Shown: positions 9,675 through 21,728 of the stretch, in pieces
How the letters are laid out: each line of letters opens with the position of its first letter
How positions within the stretch are numbered: the stretch's first letter is position 1
DNA from: Kudoa neothunni
Lineage: Eukaryota > Animalia > Cnidaria
Reading direction: 5' to 3'
Length of the DNA: 64,000 nt
Assembly (NCBI GenBank): GCA_964304625.1
Contig: OZ199839.1
Location: 8,040,497 to 8,104,496, forward strand
The notes under the pieces: generated by a model
Databases searched by the model: none
Seen by the model: only the letters and a program-made list of their open reading frames with translations
What the model was told of the DNA's origin: nothing
Translations under genes and position numbers: made by a program

Positions 9675-12591
9675 ATGAAAGCCTTTGTCTACCTTATGGG
9701 AATTTGTACTTTATTGTCATGTATATATCCAATTTCCAAAGAAATATTAATAACTTGTAGCCCCTTATTTGCTTATACACACTCAAGGAGGTCAGGGAGA
9801 TGCTCAAAATCCAGTTACTACTGAAAACTCTCTAACTTACAAACTTGTAAAAGTAGACAATGAATTGAAGGTTAATTTAATATTAAATGGAAATGACTAT
9901 CCCAGGGAGAAAAAGTGCCATATCAAAATATCAAATAATGAGGAAACAAACCTTTTTGATATTACTACATGTCCTGGTGGTGAGCAAGAAGTCAACAGTA
10001 ATCAATGTGTTTGGGCATGCTCAGGAGGTTCCGATAAACTGGGTTTTGATAAGTTTACTCACAACACTAAATATGTTGCCATCTTTACAGATAGCGCTGT
10101 AACCGCTGCTGCAAATAAAAATAATGGTGGAGCCGTATTTGGATTGGAATTTCGTAATTAAAGAACCTAATATTGTCAATAAATCTTTTTTAGAATTATT
10201 GGTCAATCCGAAAGTTGCAATTACGAAAAACAATCAAAAACTACAATTTAACACCAAAACTTATAAACCAGTGAAATGCCCCATATTTTACAAGGATGTG
10301 GAATTTAAAGAAGGAACACCTGAAAATACTTGCGATGAAAATTGTGAAAGGGAAGTGGAGTTTAATTTGATGATCCCACACTATGAAATGAAATGCGAGA
10401 ATTATCCTAGTTTCTTTTACATCCTTCAAAACAAATACACTTTATCAAACTTTGATGTTTATCAGCCACAATATTACGTGATCTATAGTTCGAGTGCTAC
10501 AACGAAATATATGCTAAAGTTTACAAACAAATTTCCATTTGAAATGTGTCTTTTCAGTATAAGAGATTCGTCAACAACAATTACAGAGACAACTACCGAT
10601 GACTATACATCAAAGTGTGGTTCGGACAACAAAAAATGTTTTGCACCTTGTAATAATGTTGAACTTGAATTCGCGACTTCCACTTCTGTAATTGAAGTAT
10701 TGATTCAAACCAGACACGTATCGTTGGTTAAAAGTGGCATCAAATACAATGGATATATTCAGAAAAAATTTGGTATTTAATGAATATTTACTCATTTATA
10801 ACCTTCTCATAGTTGTCACAGAAACTACTGCCACTCCATTATTGTCAACATACTCGCCTACTGGCGTTACATTAAATATTCAGTTGTTTAAGCCAGAAAG
10901 CAATCTCAAATTTTCTACTTGTACTGTAACTTATTTTGAAGCAGACAAACCTAAACCTGCTTCTTCTGAAGTTTCGAAATGTGAAGATGACAGCCCAACC
11001 TGTAGAACAGAGTGCACTAATGCAATAACGATTAAAGAGCTCGATAGTGGAAAACCATATATTCTCGAAATCGCAGCAGGCAATGGCGACGGTATTCTTA
11101 ACAATTTTAAAGAACATATATTCTTTCGAACAGGTAATATAATAGAAAACAAATATTTTTTAAAATAAATATATAGCAAAAAAACCTGAATCCACCTTTT
11201 TTGAGACAAGCCCAACAGTAAAGGACACTACTGCGTCAATTAAAGCAATAGATGTAATTGGTACAATTACACATGAAGACAAAACTTGTGCTTACTATAT
11301 AAGCCCTCATGGAAAGGATGTATATGTGTGTGCCATATGTGAAGATAGTTATCCTTGTAGGGGTTTTTGTAAGGATTCTCAAAAAATTATTGGGTTAATG
11401 CCCGGAACCGAATATGACCTAAAGATAGTTGCACATGAGGATTATGGAGAAAAAAAACATAAAATTACAACGAGTATATAAATAATTGACCTCGAATTAA
11501 ATAACTAATTATGTTTCAAGCATTTTCAACGCTCATACTACAATCGGAATTTATAGAAAAGGGCTTCAAAGTGACAGGTGTACTTTCAACACCACATCCT
11601 ACAGCTGTTTGTCAATATAAAGTAAAAGTAAAGAAAGGGCAAGAATCCAAATTGGTCTATCAGTGCCCACCACCAGCTTCTACAACAAACACTGGCCCAT
11701 CCTCCAATGCACCAAAAACTTCTAAAATAGCACTAGCTAGGACAACTAATGGACAACAACCACAGAACGTGCCGCCTTTAAATAAAAAAACCGGAATCAC
11801 CCCATGCACACAACCTCCATTGTGCACTGATATTATATTCAATGAAGGATACGAAGAAGACAAGGAATATATAGTTTTGGTTACGGCTGTCGGCAGATCT
11901 GCAGAAACTACCATCAAAATACCCATAAGTAATAAAACATCTAATTCATATCGTCTTACTTTGGTTGAGTTTTTAAAATTATTAAAAATATGTACATTAA
12001 TTCTTATTATACTAAATTTTAATTTAGATCCACAACCTACCCCCAGTAACAATCCAATCAAATTAACTGTGGTGTTTACAAGAGAAGGCGAAACCATAAA
12101 AGTTAAAACTTCTCTTCCTACAGGCGTTGATGAACAGTCGTTATGCAAATGGGAATTGAAAAATTGGGATGATTCATCCAAACCAATCGTCCAAAAATGC
12201 ATGGCAACTGGTGAACAAGGTTGTTCAGCTTTTCCATCATGCAAGGAATTTTCAATTTCAAATGTGGATAATACCAACAACTACCGTTTGATGTTATATC
12301 ATAGTACAGATAGCAATATCACTGGTTTTGTCGAGATCCAGAAAGGTACTTGAAAAAATGTTATTGGTCGCTATTTCTCATTTTTGATTAGATGATGAAT
12401 CAAATAAATCCATGTAAAATAAAATTTTTAAATTCTTATTTATTTATTTTAGGTCGAAAAATACAATGTACTTCTTGATAATGATATCTTGTTAATCAAT
12501 TATTTTAGAATTATTGCTGTAGTAGTTCCAGTGCTCATCATTGTCGTTGGTGTGGGGATTCTATTTCGGATACTGGAAAAATAAAAACTAG
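9675..12591 (+). CDS. Family A copy A2: ~825-aa spliced type I membrane protein with 7 Cys-rich FN3-like modules
   Basis: Exons: 9675-9720, 9761-10153, 10194-10772, 10813-11133, 11177-11473, 11521-11928, 12028-12345, 12392-12413, 12453-12467, 12509-end. All introns are GT..AG (40, 40, 40, 43, 47, 99, 46, 39, 41 nt) and the frame stays open. Signal-like MKAFVYLMGICTLLS; FN3-like GLMPGTEYDLKIVAH; TM IIIAVVVPVLIIVVGVG. An extra G near 12555 gives the tail ILFRILEK* (stop 12584) instead of FYFGYWKNKN* (12591). Confidence 0.9.
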
Positions 12592-13325
12592 ATTTTTATT
12601 TTAGAAGAGTGCTTTCACAAGCTGACGTTCGATTTTAGCGACCGTATTAATATCATAGATATTAATTATCTATTATATTTCTTCATTACTTACTTTTAGA
12701 TGTATAATTATTTATTTACATGCAAATTTATTTATTCGGAAATTGTATTTCTCTCTTTATTTTTTATTATTTATTTGTAAAAACTAAGACATAATTCTTT
12801 CAATACAGTAATAATTGTTATTTGAAAATAATAAGAAATTTTTGTTATAGATTACTTCTTTTATCTTACGAAAATTAGTAAAGCATGGTGCCTATTAAAG
12901 AGGGTAAAAACTTTTTGAAATAATATATTGATGTACTTTTGATTGTAAATTAAATGTTTTGATCATAAAACCTAATAATTAATAATAAATGAATCATCAA
13001 TTTATGAGCTAACCTAGAAATCCTATATTATTTGTGTCATTTATAATTTAAATGATGTACTAAATAAATAGTTTGATGTAGAATGTATTTTTCATTGTAT
13101 TATCAAGCAAACCAAAAAATTAATTAGTTAGTAAATAAGAACACTCTCAATTGATTTTTGGTTTTTTGAATAAACCATTTAATTCCGAATATCTTTAGGA
13201 TTGGAAAATACGCTTAAACTTAATTAATAATAAATGTAGAATCCATCTGAAACAATACTAAATAATTTTTCCATGATGCATCTTAATAAATATAACGAAA
13301 CACATTAGTATTATCAATATATATT

Positions 13326-13400
13326 AGGCAGTGGCTATTGCTACAGATCCGTATAATCCGCATGCGGGGGTTGTCTATTGCTACGAGAGGGAATAACTCC
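13326..13400 (+). repeat. Dispersed repeat terminus TAGGCAGTGGCTATT..., probable transposon end (second copy at ~41440-41515)
   Basis: taggcagtggctattgctac...gtataatcc...ctattgctacga here versus taggcagtggctattaccac...gtataatcc...caattgccacga at 41440. Confidence 0.55.
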
Positions 13401-14336
13401 AAATCTAAGAATCCAATTAGAGTTTGAAATTCACATTTGTAATTAATGATTTTTGGCCTAACATAATTAATTGTTTTGGAAAAAATTTGAGTTACTGATA
13501 TTTCTAATATTATGACTATATATTTCGTGCTTTATGTTTTGTTATGAGTAATGTTAAATGCATATTTTAATTTTTTAATAATAAAAGTTTCTTTAACTAA
13601 AAAACCAAATACCAGACAATGTGTTTTAGGTATAAAAACGCCCACCCCATTACCTCTGATTGAACCTAATATGTTTAATCTAGCTCAGCTAATGTAATCT
13701 GTTAAAATATGTTTATCTATGTTTTTATAAAATGAAATAATTGTATTAGTTATATACAGTAAGGTCTCGATATTACGAGGTTCGATATAGGATAGTCGAT
13801 ATTTTTTTACAAATTTCTGTAACCAACATTGTAACCTTTTCGATGTATATAATCTTCTACTCTAGCGCTCTACCCCGAAAATACGAAATAATATTTAAAA
13901 ACGAATTTTTTGTAAAATTCAGGGTCTTGCTATTGGGCAGTGATTCTTCAAATTTGAATACAATTAATCCACTAAATTACTCATTCAAACGTTCGGTATT
14001 GTGAAAGAAGAAAGAAATGTTGGTAAAAAATTGAAACTATTCAATATTATGATTCAATTACCTCAATCTGAAATGCCAAAAAATGGCTCTATTGTGCCAG
14101 AGAATATCATAAATTCTGTTATTGTGAATTTTATTCAAATTTAAATTAGTTATCCTTTTCTGAATAGAATTTTGTCTGATAGATCTGATATAATGTATTC
14201 CAATGTTGTTCTCCTCAGTAAAGGAATTATAAATAAAAAACACATCCAACTTCAAATTGTATTATATAACCGGATTGTATCAGAGCACCAAAAAAAGAGA
14301 TATTCTAGAGTTATTATCATTGATAGTCAAAACTAT

Positions 14337-14787
14337 GCCGAGGACAGATAGCACATCGGTGTGACACTCAGACTCAGAACCATGAGGAAATGGTTCGAAT
14401 CCGCCGGTGGTCGGACTACTGCTTCCGTTTCGGTGGGTCTCCATCCCATATTTGGGAGCTGTGGTTAAAGTGTAGGCTCACTGTGGAATGGGGTGTATTA
14501 ACAGCCAAATTCGCGTGAATAGGAGTTTGAATCTCCGGAACCCATTGAAAAGGCAAGTAATTTGCAGTCCCCACAGAGTCAATGTCCTTAAAGGGATAAG
14601 GTTTGGGTGGTGGTCGCCCTGAGACGAGGATGTTAAGTGGATTAAAGGTCCCACATTACTGCATAAAGATAAGGGGTGGGGTTTCATGTTATGTCCTGTG
14701 GTGCCTAAAGCGTTAATGGAAGAGGTCTGACCAACCAGAATTCCACAACCTAATAAGTTGCCCCAGGGGTTTTCTCTATCAAACAAA
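14337..14787 (+). mobile_element. tRNA-derived SINE, copy 1 (~450 bp)
   Basis: GC-rich island with a Pol III A-box-like TAGCACATCGG and B-box GGTTCGAATCC in the first 70 nt, then ~380 nt of body. An inverted second copy lies at 36204-36679. Confidence 0.8.
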
Positions 14788-17120
14788 TAGAAATTACCTT
14801 ATTCGTAAATATTTAACTTTCTTTTCAGTAACACTACCATACATGACTAGATACGACGAATATTTTATTATTTTTTGCGACTTTTTTCGTAGAGAAAATG
14901 TCTCAGATCATTAACTATAATTCATTTTTTTGGAAAAATAATCGTAAATTATATCTGTAATAACTATATGTAAGTTTTATAGAGATTGACTAAATAAGAA
15001 AAAATTAAAAAAACCTTTATTTATAATTTTACAACATTTTATCTTAATACTTACCAACAATTTTCCAAAAATGTAAGTTCTAAATGAGGAAGAGGTACAT
15101 AAATGATTTTAATGTCTCGTGGCTCTTGAAAATTTGGGAAAACTTAAGGTTGGCTACCGATCTTGATAAGTCTGGCCATCCTTGATATATATAGTAGATA
15201 AAGGATAAATTTCTTTCAGCATGAAATAATTAAAATACTATTTTTAAACGTATTAATCGTAATTATGGGATTTCGCAAGCATAGTCGCAAAAAAAGAGGT
15301 TAAAATTGCTGAGTTCAAAAATGACCCCAAACGTTCCCCGTAGAATTTTTCCGAGCACCGTTCTTCGGGGGTTCAAATTAAGAAAGAATTTAACGGTACA
15401 ACAATTAAAATTAAACATATTTTAACGGAAAACAAAGTAATTTGCAACATTAATAGCACTTCAAAAGAAGAAATCATAAGTAAAATTGACACGAGCGGGC
15501 AGCAACAGCGGATGATCGTATAAAATCGGGAACAACGGATTAAAATGAATAAAGATGTCTTGTCACTAATTTGTAATTTACCGTAAGTTTTAAGGCATAT
15601 GTAAAATGCACAGTTCAAATTAACTCTTGATATTTGATTTATACGTTCTTTTTTTCAGGCCTAATTTGTTATTAGCAAACTAGATTAGTTGCGTTATTTC
15701 TGTTACGTAATTTTTAATTTTCATTGCATTGCTCTGTTTTAAAAAAATTTTTCCTTATAAATTGAATAATATAATAAATAGATTTTCAGAATTATAAAGT
15801 TAAATTTAAAAAAAATTCCACTATGTTTAAACTACTTGATTGATTCTCTTTAAAAAATCACTAAAATTAAATGTTTTAACGGAGGAACTACATACATCCT
15901 TCTAGCGAAAAGCTTAGAGTAAAGAAAAGTAAAGTAAATATGAGATTAGATAAGTTATTTGGGGATTAAGACTCGGTAATCCGCAAGGAAATTCTATAAT
16001 AAGCAAAGTTTCATCATTTACTCAATTAAATATTACATTCTAAATCAATAAATCTACAATTATAATAGAAAAATAAATTTTCTCAGTACATGTCTGTTTT
16101 CCTTAAAAACGAAACATATTTTTGTCGCTAAAGACAAAAAAAATCATTAAAATTAGCCGATAATAATTTTTTAAAATGAATTGTTTTTATGCCATTCTAA
16201 GTGTTATACATTTTTAGAAGAATTCCGGAATTTATGGATGGTTTAGCTTTGTATGTCGAAAATTAGGTTCAAAATTCGTTGGCTTTGGGTCCACGCGGAC
16301 CCCACTCCGGACTGGGAGGGTTAACCGGAACCCCACTATCCAGAAAGAAAATAGTCGGTCAAAAATATTCCAGATAATCGAAGTTTGACTGTATATAGTA
16401 GACAGTAGATTGCACCAATACCAACAACCAAATATTTTTTAATTCGTCGTAAATCTCTCTGTCAAAAAATTATGATTCCTCAGAGATTAATGAAATATTC
16501 GGCTTTAAAAAGTTTTATTGGATTTTCCAAAAACTTTGGTATAGCGATATTAGATAAACTTTTCTGTTCTTTATTTATAAATATTCTGATAGGTTGATCT
16601 TAAATTTTGTTGTCAGTAACACTTGAAAAGAGGTTAAATTTCCCCTCCCGTAAGAAAATGAAAATAAATAAACAACAATTTGGGGTTATTGTATAATCTA
16701 ATGGATTCCATACTTTAGAAATGACAATCATTTGTTTAACGTATCCAAGACCTGTTGATCTTTATCTAAAATCTTAACCAAGATTACATAATTTAATAAA
16801 ATTGTCAATGTCAAGAAAACCATATACCCTCTTTTCTTTTTTATTGAAAGTATGTGAATGAATATAAATGGTTTGGAATAAAGTTTAGGTCAGATTTCTT
16901 TCTGATTATTAAGAATGTATTCAATTTCCGTGATATACCTTTAAATTAATATTCAGGATAATAAATGACTATTTGTCAAAATATTTGTATTGTTGTTTCA
17001 TTAGATTTAAGGCGAACGTTAATTCTGTATATATATTATATATATATGAATTATAATCCGATCAAATTTTTGAGTTTCATATTGAACGGCAATTATCGTT
17101 TATACCTTTTTCAAAATATA

Positions 17121-20046
17121 ATGAAAGACTTTATCTACATTTTGGGAATTTGTATCTTTCTGCCGTGTATATATACACATAAAACAAACAACATTACTAA
17201 TAATATATAGCCTACTTATCGCTTATAGACGCGCAACCGGCCCAGGGAGATGCCTCAAGTCCAGTTTCTACTGAAAGCCCTTTAACTTATAAACTTGTAA
17301 AAGAGACAAGTGGATTGAAGATTAATTTATATTAAGTGGAGCCGATTATACTGGGGAGAAAAATTGTCATATTAAACAATCCAACAAACATGACACGAAT
17401 CTTGTTGAAATTGACGAATGCTCTGGTCGTGTTGCAGGTGTATCTAGTGGTAAATGTGTTTGGACATGCTCTGGAGATGATAATAAATTCGCTTTTGACA
17501 ACTTTTCTCCAAGGACTAAATATATTGCTGTTTTATACGGATAATGTTGCTACCATCGCTGAAGCGAAAAATAATAACGGGGCTGTATTTGGATTGGAAT
17601 TTCGTAACTAAAGCATGCTAATATTTTCCATCAATTTCTTTTAGCATTATTGGTCAATCCACAGGTTACAATAACGAAACAAGAACAGACAAAAACTGAA
17701 ATTTGCCACAAAAACTTGTACACCGGTGAACTGTCCGATATTTTTACAAGGACGTGGAATATGCAGTAGGGACAGCTCAGGTAAGTTGCGATGCAAATAA
17801 TGAAAGTGAAATGGAATTTAATTTGATGATTCCACATTATGAAATGAAATGCAAGAATTACCCCCAGTTTCTTTTATAAACTGCAAAATAAATACACACT
17901 ACAAACATTTGATGTTTATCAACCACAGTATTATGTTACCCTCTAGTTCGAGTGCTGCAACGAAGTATATGCTAAAGTTTACAAACAAATTTCCTTTTGA
18001 AATATGTCTTTTCAAAATAAAAGAGGTGCCAACAACTGGTAATAGCGACTACATGTCCAAATGTGGTTCAGCAGATACATGTCATGCACCTTGTAATAAC
18101 GTAGAACTTGAACTCACCACTTCAAAGCTTATTGTTGAAATATTGATTCAAACTAGGCACGTATCTTTGGTTAAAAAGGACGACACATATGAAGGATATA
18201 TTCAGAAAAAATTTGGTATTTAATGGATATTTGCTCATTTATAACCTATTCATAGTTGTCAAAGAAACTACTGACTCTACCTTATTGTCGGCACACACAC
18301 CTACCGGTGTTACATTAAATGTTCAGTTGTTTAAGCCAAATGATACACCTAATTTTGAGGGTTGTACTGTAACTTATTATGAAGCAGATAAACCTAAGCC
18401 TGATACTGCTGCTCAAACGCCAAAATGCGGAAACTCTGATACACCATGTAGAGCGGAATGCACTGCTGCTCTAGTGATTTTGGGGCTTGATGGTGGAAAA
18501 CCATATATTCTTGAAATTGCAGCAAGCAATTCCAATAGTCCTGTTAGCGGCTTAATAGAACATATATTCTTTCGAACAGGTAATATAATAATAAAAATCT
18601 TTTTTAAAATAGATATATAGAAACGAAACCTGGTTCTACCTATTCAACGACAAACCCGACAGTAAAGGATACTACTGCATCAATCAAAGCAATAGATGGA
18701 ACTGAAACAATTACACATGAAGACAAAACTTGTGCTTACTATATAAGCCCTCATGGAAAAGATGTATATGTGTGTGCCATGTGCGAAGATAGTTATCCTT
18801 GCAGGGGTTTTTGCAAGGAGTCACAAAAAATTATAGGATTAATGCCTGGAACCGAATATGACCTAAAGATAGTTGCACATGAGGATTATGGAGAAAAAAA
18901 AACATAAAATTACAACGAGTATATAAATAGTTGAATTCTAATTATATAACTAATTATGTTTCAAGCTTTGTCAACGCTCACACTACAATCAGAATTTATA
19001 GAAAAAGGCTTCAAAGTGACAAGTGTACTTTCAACACCACATCCTACAGCTGTTTGTCACTATAAAAATAAACGTAAAAAAAGGGAATGAATACGAGTTG
19101 GTCTACCAATGCCCACCATTGGCTTCTACAACAAAGATTGGGACACCCTCTGCAGCATCTAAACCTTCTAAAATAGCGATATCTAGGGCAACTAATGGAC
19201 ATCAACCACAAGGTCTGCCACCTTCAAATAAAAAAACCGGAATCACTCCATGCACACAACCACCATTGTGCACTGATATTATATTCAATGAAGGATACGA
19301 AGAAGACAAGGAATATATAGTTTTGGTTACGGCTGTCGGCAGATCTGCAGAAACTACCATCAAAATACCCATAAGTAATAAAACATCTAATTCTAAATTC
19401 ATATCTTTTATATTTTAATTAAATTTTTAAAATTATTAAAAATATGTACATTAATTCTAGTTATACTAAATTTTAATGTAGATCCACAACCTACCCTCAC
19501 TAATAATCCAATCAAATTAACTGTGGTGTTTACAAGAGAAGGCGAAAAACATAAATGTTAAAACTTCTCTTCCTACAGGCGTTGATGAACAGTCGTTATG
19601 TAAATGGGAATTGAAAAATTGGGATGATCCATCCAAACCAATCGTCCAAAAATGCATGACAACTGGTGAACAAGGTTGTTCTGTTTTTCCATCGTGCAAG
19701 GAATTTACAATTTCCAATGTGAATAATACCAACAATTACCGTTTGATGTTATACCATAGTACCAATAACAATATCTCTGGTTTTGTCGAGATCCAGAAAG
19801 GTAATGGATTAAATATTATTTGTCATTATTTCTGATATTTTTATTAGATGATGAATCAAACAAATCCATGTAACATCAAGTTGTTAAATTATAATTGATT
19901 TATTTTAGGTCGAAAAATACAATGTACTTATTGATGGAGATATTTTGTTAATCGACTATTTTAGAATTATTGCTGTAGTAGTTCCTGCGCTCATCATTGT
20001 TGTTGGTGTGGGATTCTATTTCGGATACTGGAAAAATAAAAACTAA
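17121..20046 (+). CDS. Family A copy A3 (several single-base frameshifts: pseudogene or sequencing errors)
   Basis: ATG 17121 (MKDFIYILGICIFLP). Same exon layout as A2; ends VVGVGFYFGYWKNKN TAA at 20046. Indels, mostly in homopolymer runs, break exons 2, 3, 5, 6 and 7. Confidence 0.8.
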
Positions 20047-20351
20047 ATTTTTGTTTTTGAAGAATGCTTTCACAAATTGACTTACTATTTAGCGACAGTA
20101 TTAATATTATATCATATGTATTAGTAATCTATCAGATTTCTTCATTACTTACTTTTAAATTCATAATTATTTAGTTTAATGCAAATTTATTTATTCGAAA
20201 ATTGTATTTCTGTCTTTATTCTATATCATTTAATATGGGAAATTAATATTATTATTTCATGATAAGAATATTTTATTTAATAGTAAGAATCAACCCTTTT
20301 GGATGTATTATTTTATCTCATTACTAGTGGAAATCGTGATATCCGTTAACC

Positions 20352-21722
20352 CATGGGTTCTCAACCGGGGTAAAATTTAAATGAGATGGGGTAAATTAAA
20401 TGACATCAAAATTAGACAGGGAGAATTTTTGCATTATGGGTTTGAGACGTACTTTCGGATTTCTAAGGAATTATATTATTCAGGGAAATTAAACTCAATA
20501 AGAATTGGGCAAAAACTCATAAAATATTTTTAGGAATAAGTTTTTAACAGCTATTTATCAAACTATTCTCAGTCTTCTTTTTTTATGCCTCGTTTATCTT
20601 TTAGTGGTGTAGCTTAATAATAATAATACTTAAAATGACTGTTTTCATGATAAATAATATTCAAGCGTCGTTAGTTTTGACTATTTTTAATTATTTCTAG
20701 TCCGTACGAGCGAAGGATTGGGAAATAATTAATTTGATTTAGCAAAATCTAAAAAATTAAATCTGTATACAGATTTTGGTGGGCTGATGGGATTAAAAAT
20801 TGTAATTATGCAAGCACACGTGTTTTTTAGGGCCAGAATTTATCCTTCAAATAACCTCTGTTATATCTGAACGAGTACAAAACCTCAAGGCGGTGTTCCT
20901 TAATTTTTTTATCGCGTACACTTAAAAAAAAGTTACGCACCCAATCTCTTTCAAAAGTATTGATTTTTTACTTAACCTGTTGATGATTTTTTATAAAACT
21001 TCCAATCATATTAAAATTTTGAAACAATTAATATTTACATCTTTTCTCATTAACATTAAAATGTATTCGCTCAGATCTGATTTAATTTATCGATGGACCT
21101 AATAAATTAGCATCTTTAGTTGTTCATTTCATCCATAACAGCGTCAAGTGAAACTCATGGGAATCCAACCTTCATTAGGAAAGACTTTTGTTCATACTGA
21201 GATAATGAGCCGAAAATAAATAGTATAAATACAAAATCAATCAATATTATATTAAGTTTAATAAAAAAAATTGGTTAAATGATTCTGAATTAGACAAGAT
21301 TAAGGTTTAAACCATTCTGATTCTATTCGGATAAGGGAACTTTAAATATTATTATTAATTGGTATATAATTAATCATTGATTTTTGTATTTTTTTATGAT
21401 ATTAATCGTCACTTAAAAATCAGCGATATCGAAAATCGCGATATTGGCTTCAAAGTACGTCATATTGCCAAATTATCTCACCACTATCCATGTTACATCA
21501 ATACTCAGGATTTTACGCGTTTCACTAGAGTGCTTCATTAAACATTCAAAAATTTCGATGCCACATCAAACTTTTTTTCGTGTCCCACCGGTGAGGCGTG
21601 GAACTCACGTTTGGGAACATTACTTTAAGGTAAATATGAATTGAGCTTTCAAGTTAGGGGGTAATTTTCAATTTTTCGTTAGACTCAAGGGGTAAATTTG
21701 AAAAAACGGTTAAGAACCCCTG
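20352..21722. mobile_element. Non-autonomous hAT (Charlie-like) element
   Basis: TIRs CATGGGTTCTCAACC / GGTTAAGAACCCCTG, with GGGGTAA subterminal repeats. 8-bp TSD CGTTAACC / CCTTAACC (one mismatch). Confidence 0.75.
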
Positions 21723-21728
21723 CCTTAA

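Noticed and set aside
11660-12280. Long antisense ORFs (e.g. 11660-12280, 1955-2227, 2231-2518, 28984-29298, 61025-61429) recurring in several copies
   Set aside because: They are reverse-strand shadows of the spliced genes. They recur only because the genes are duplicated, and their lengths are not conserved.
9552-12353. Overlapping short ORFs resembling a bacterial operon or programmed frameshifting
   Set aside because: Each frame change coincides with a GT..AG AT-rich ~40-nt intron whose removal restores a single ORF.
14337-14415. Functional tRNA gene
   Set aside because: The acceptor and anticodon stems pair poorly, and the head is fused to the same ~380-nt body in both copies, as expected for a SINE.
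13757-16392. A single TA-flanked pogo-like element from CAGTAAGGTCTCG (13757) to CGAAGTTTGACTG (~16391); similar lone ends at ~33338 and ~54738
   Set aside because: The ends look like Tc1/pogo termini but do not match each other well enough to define an element; left unannotated.
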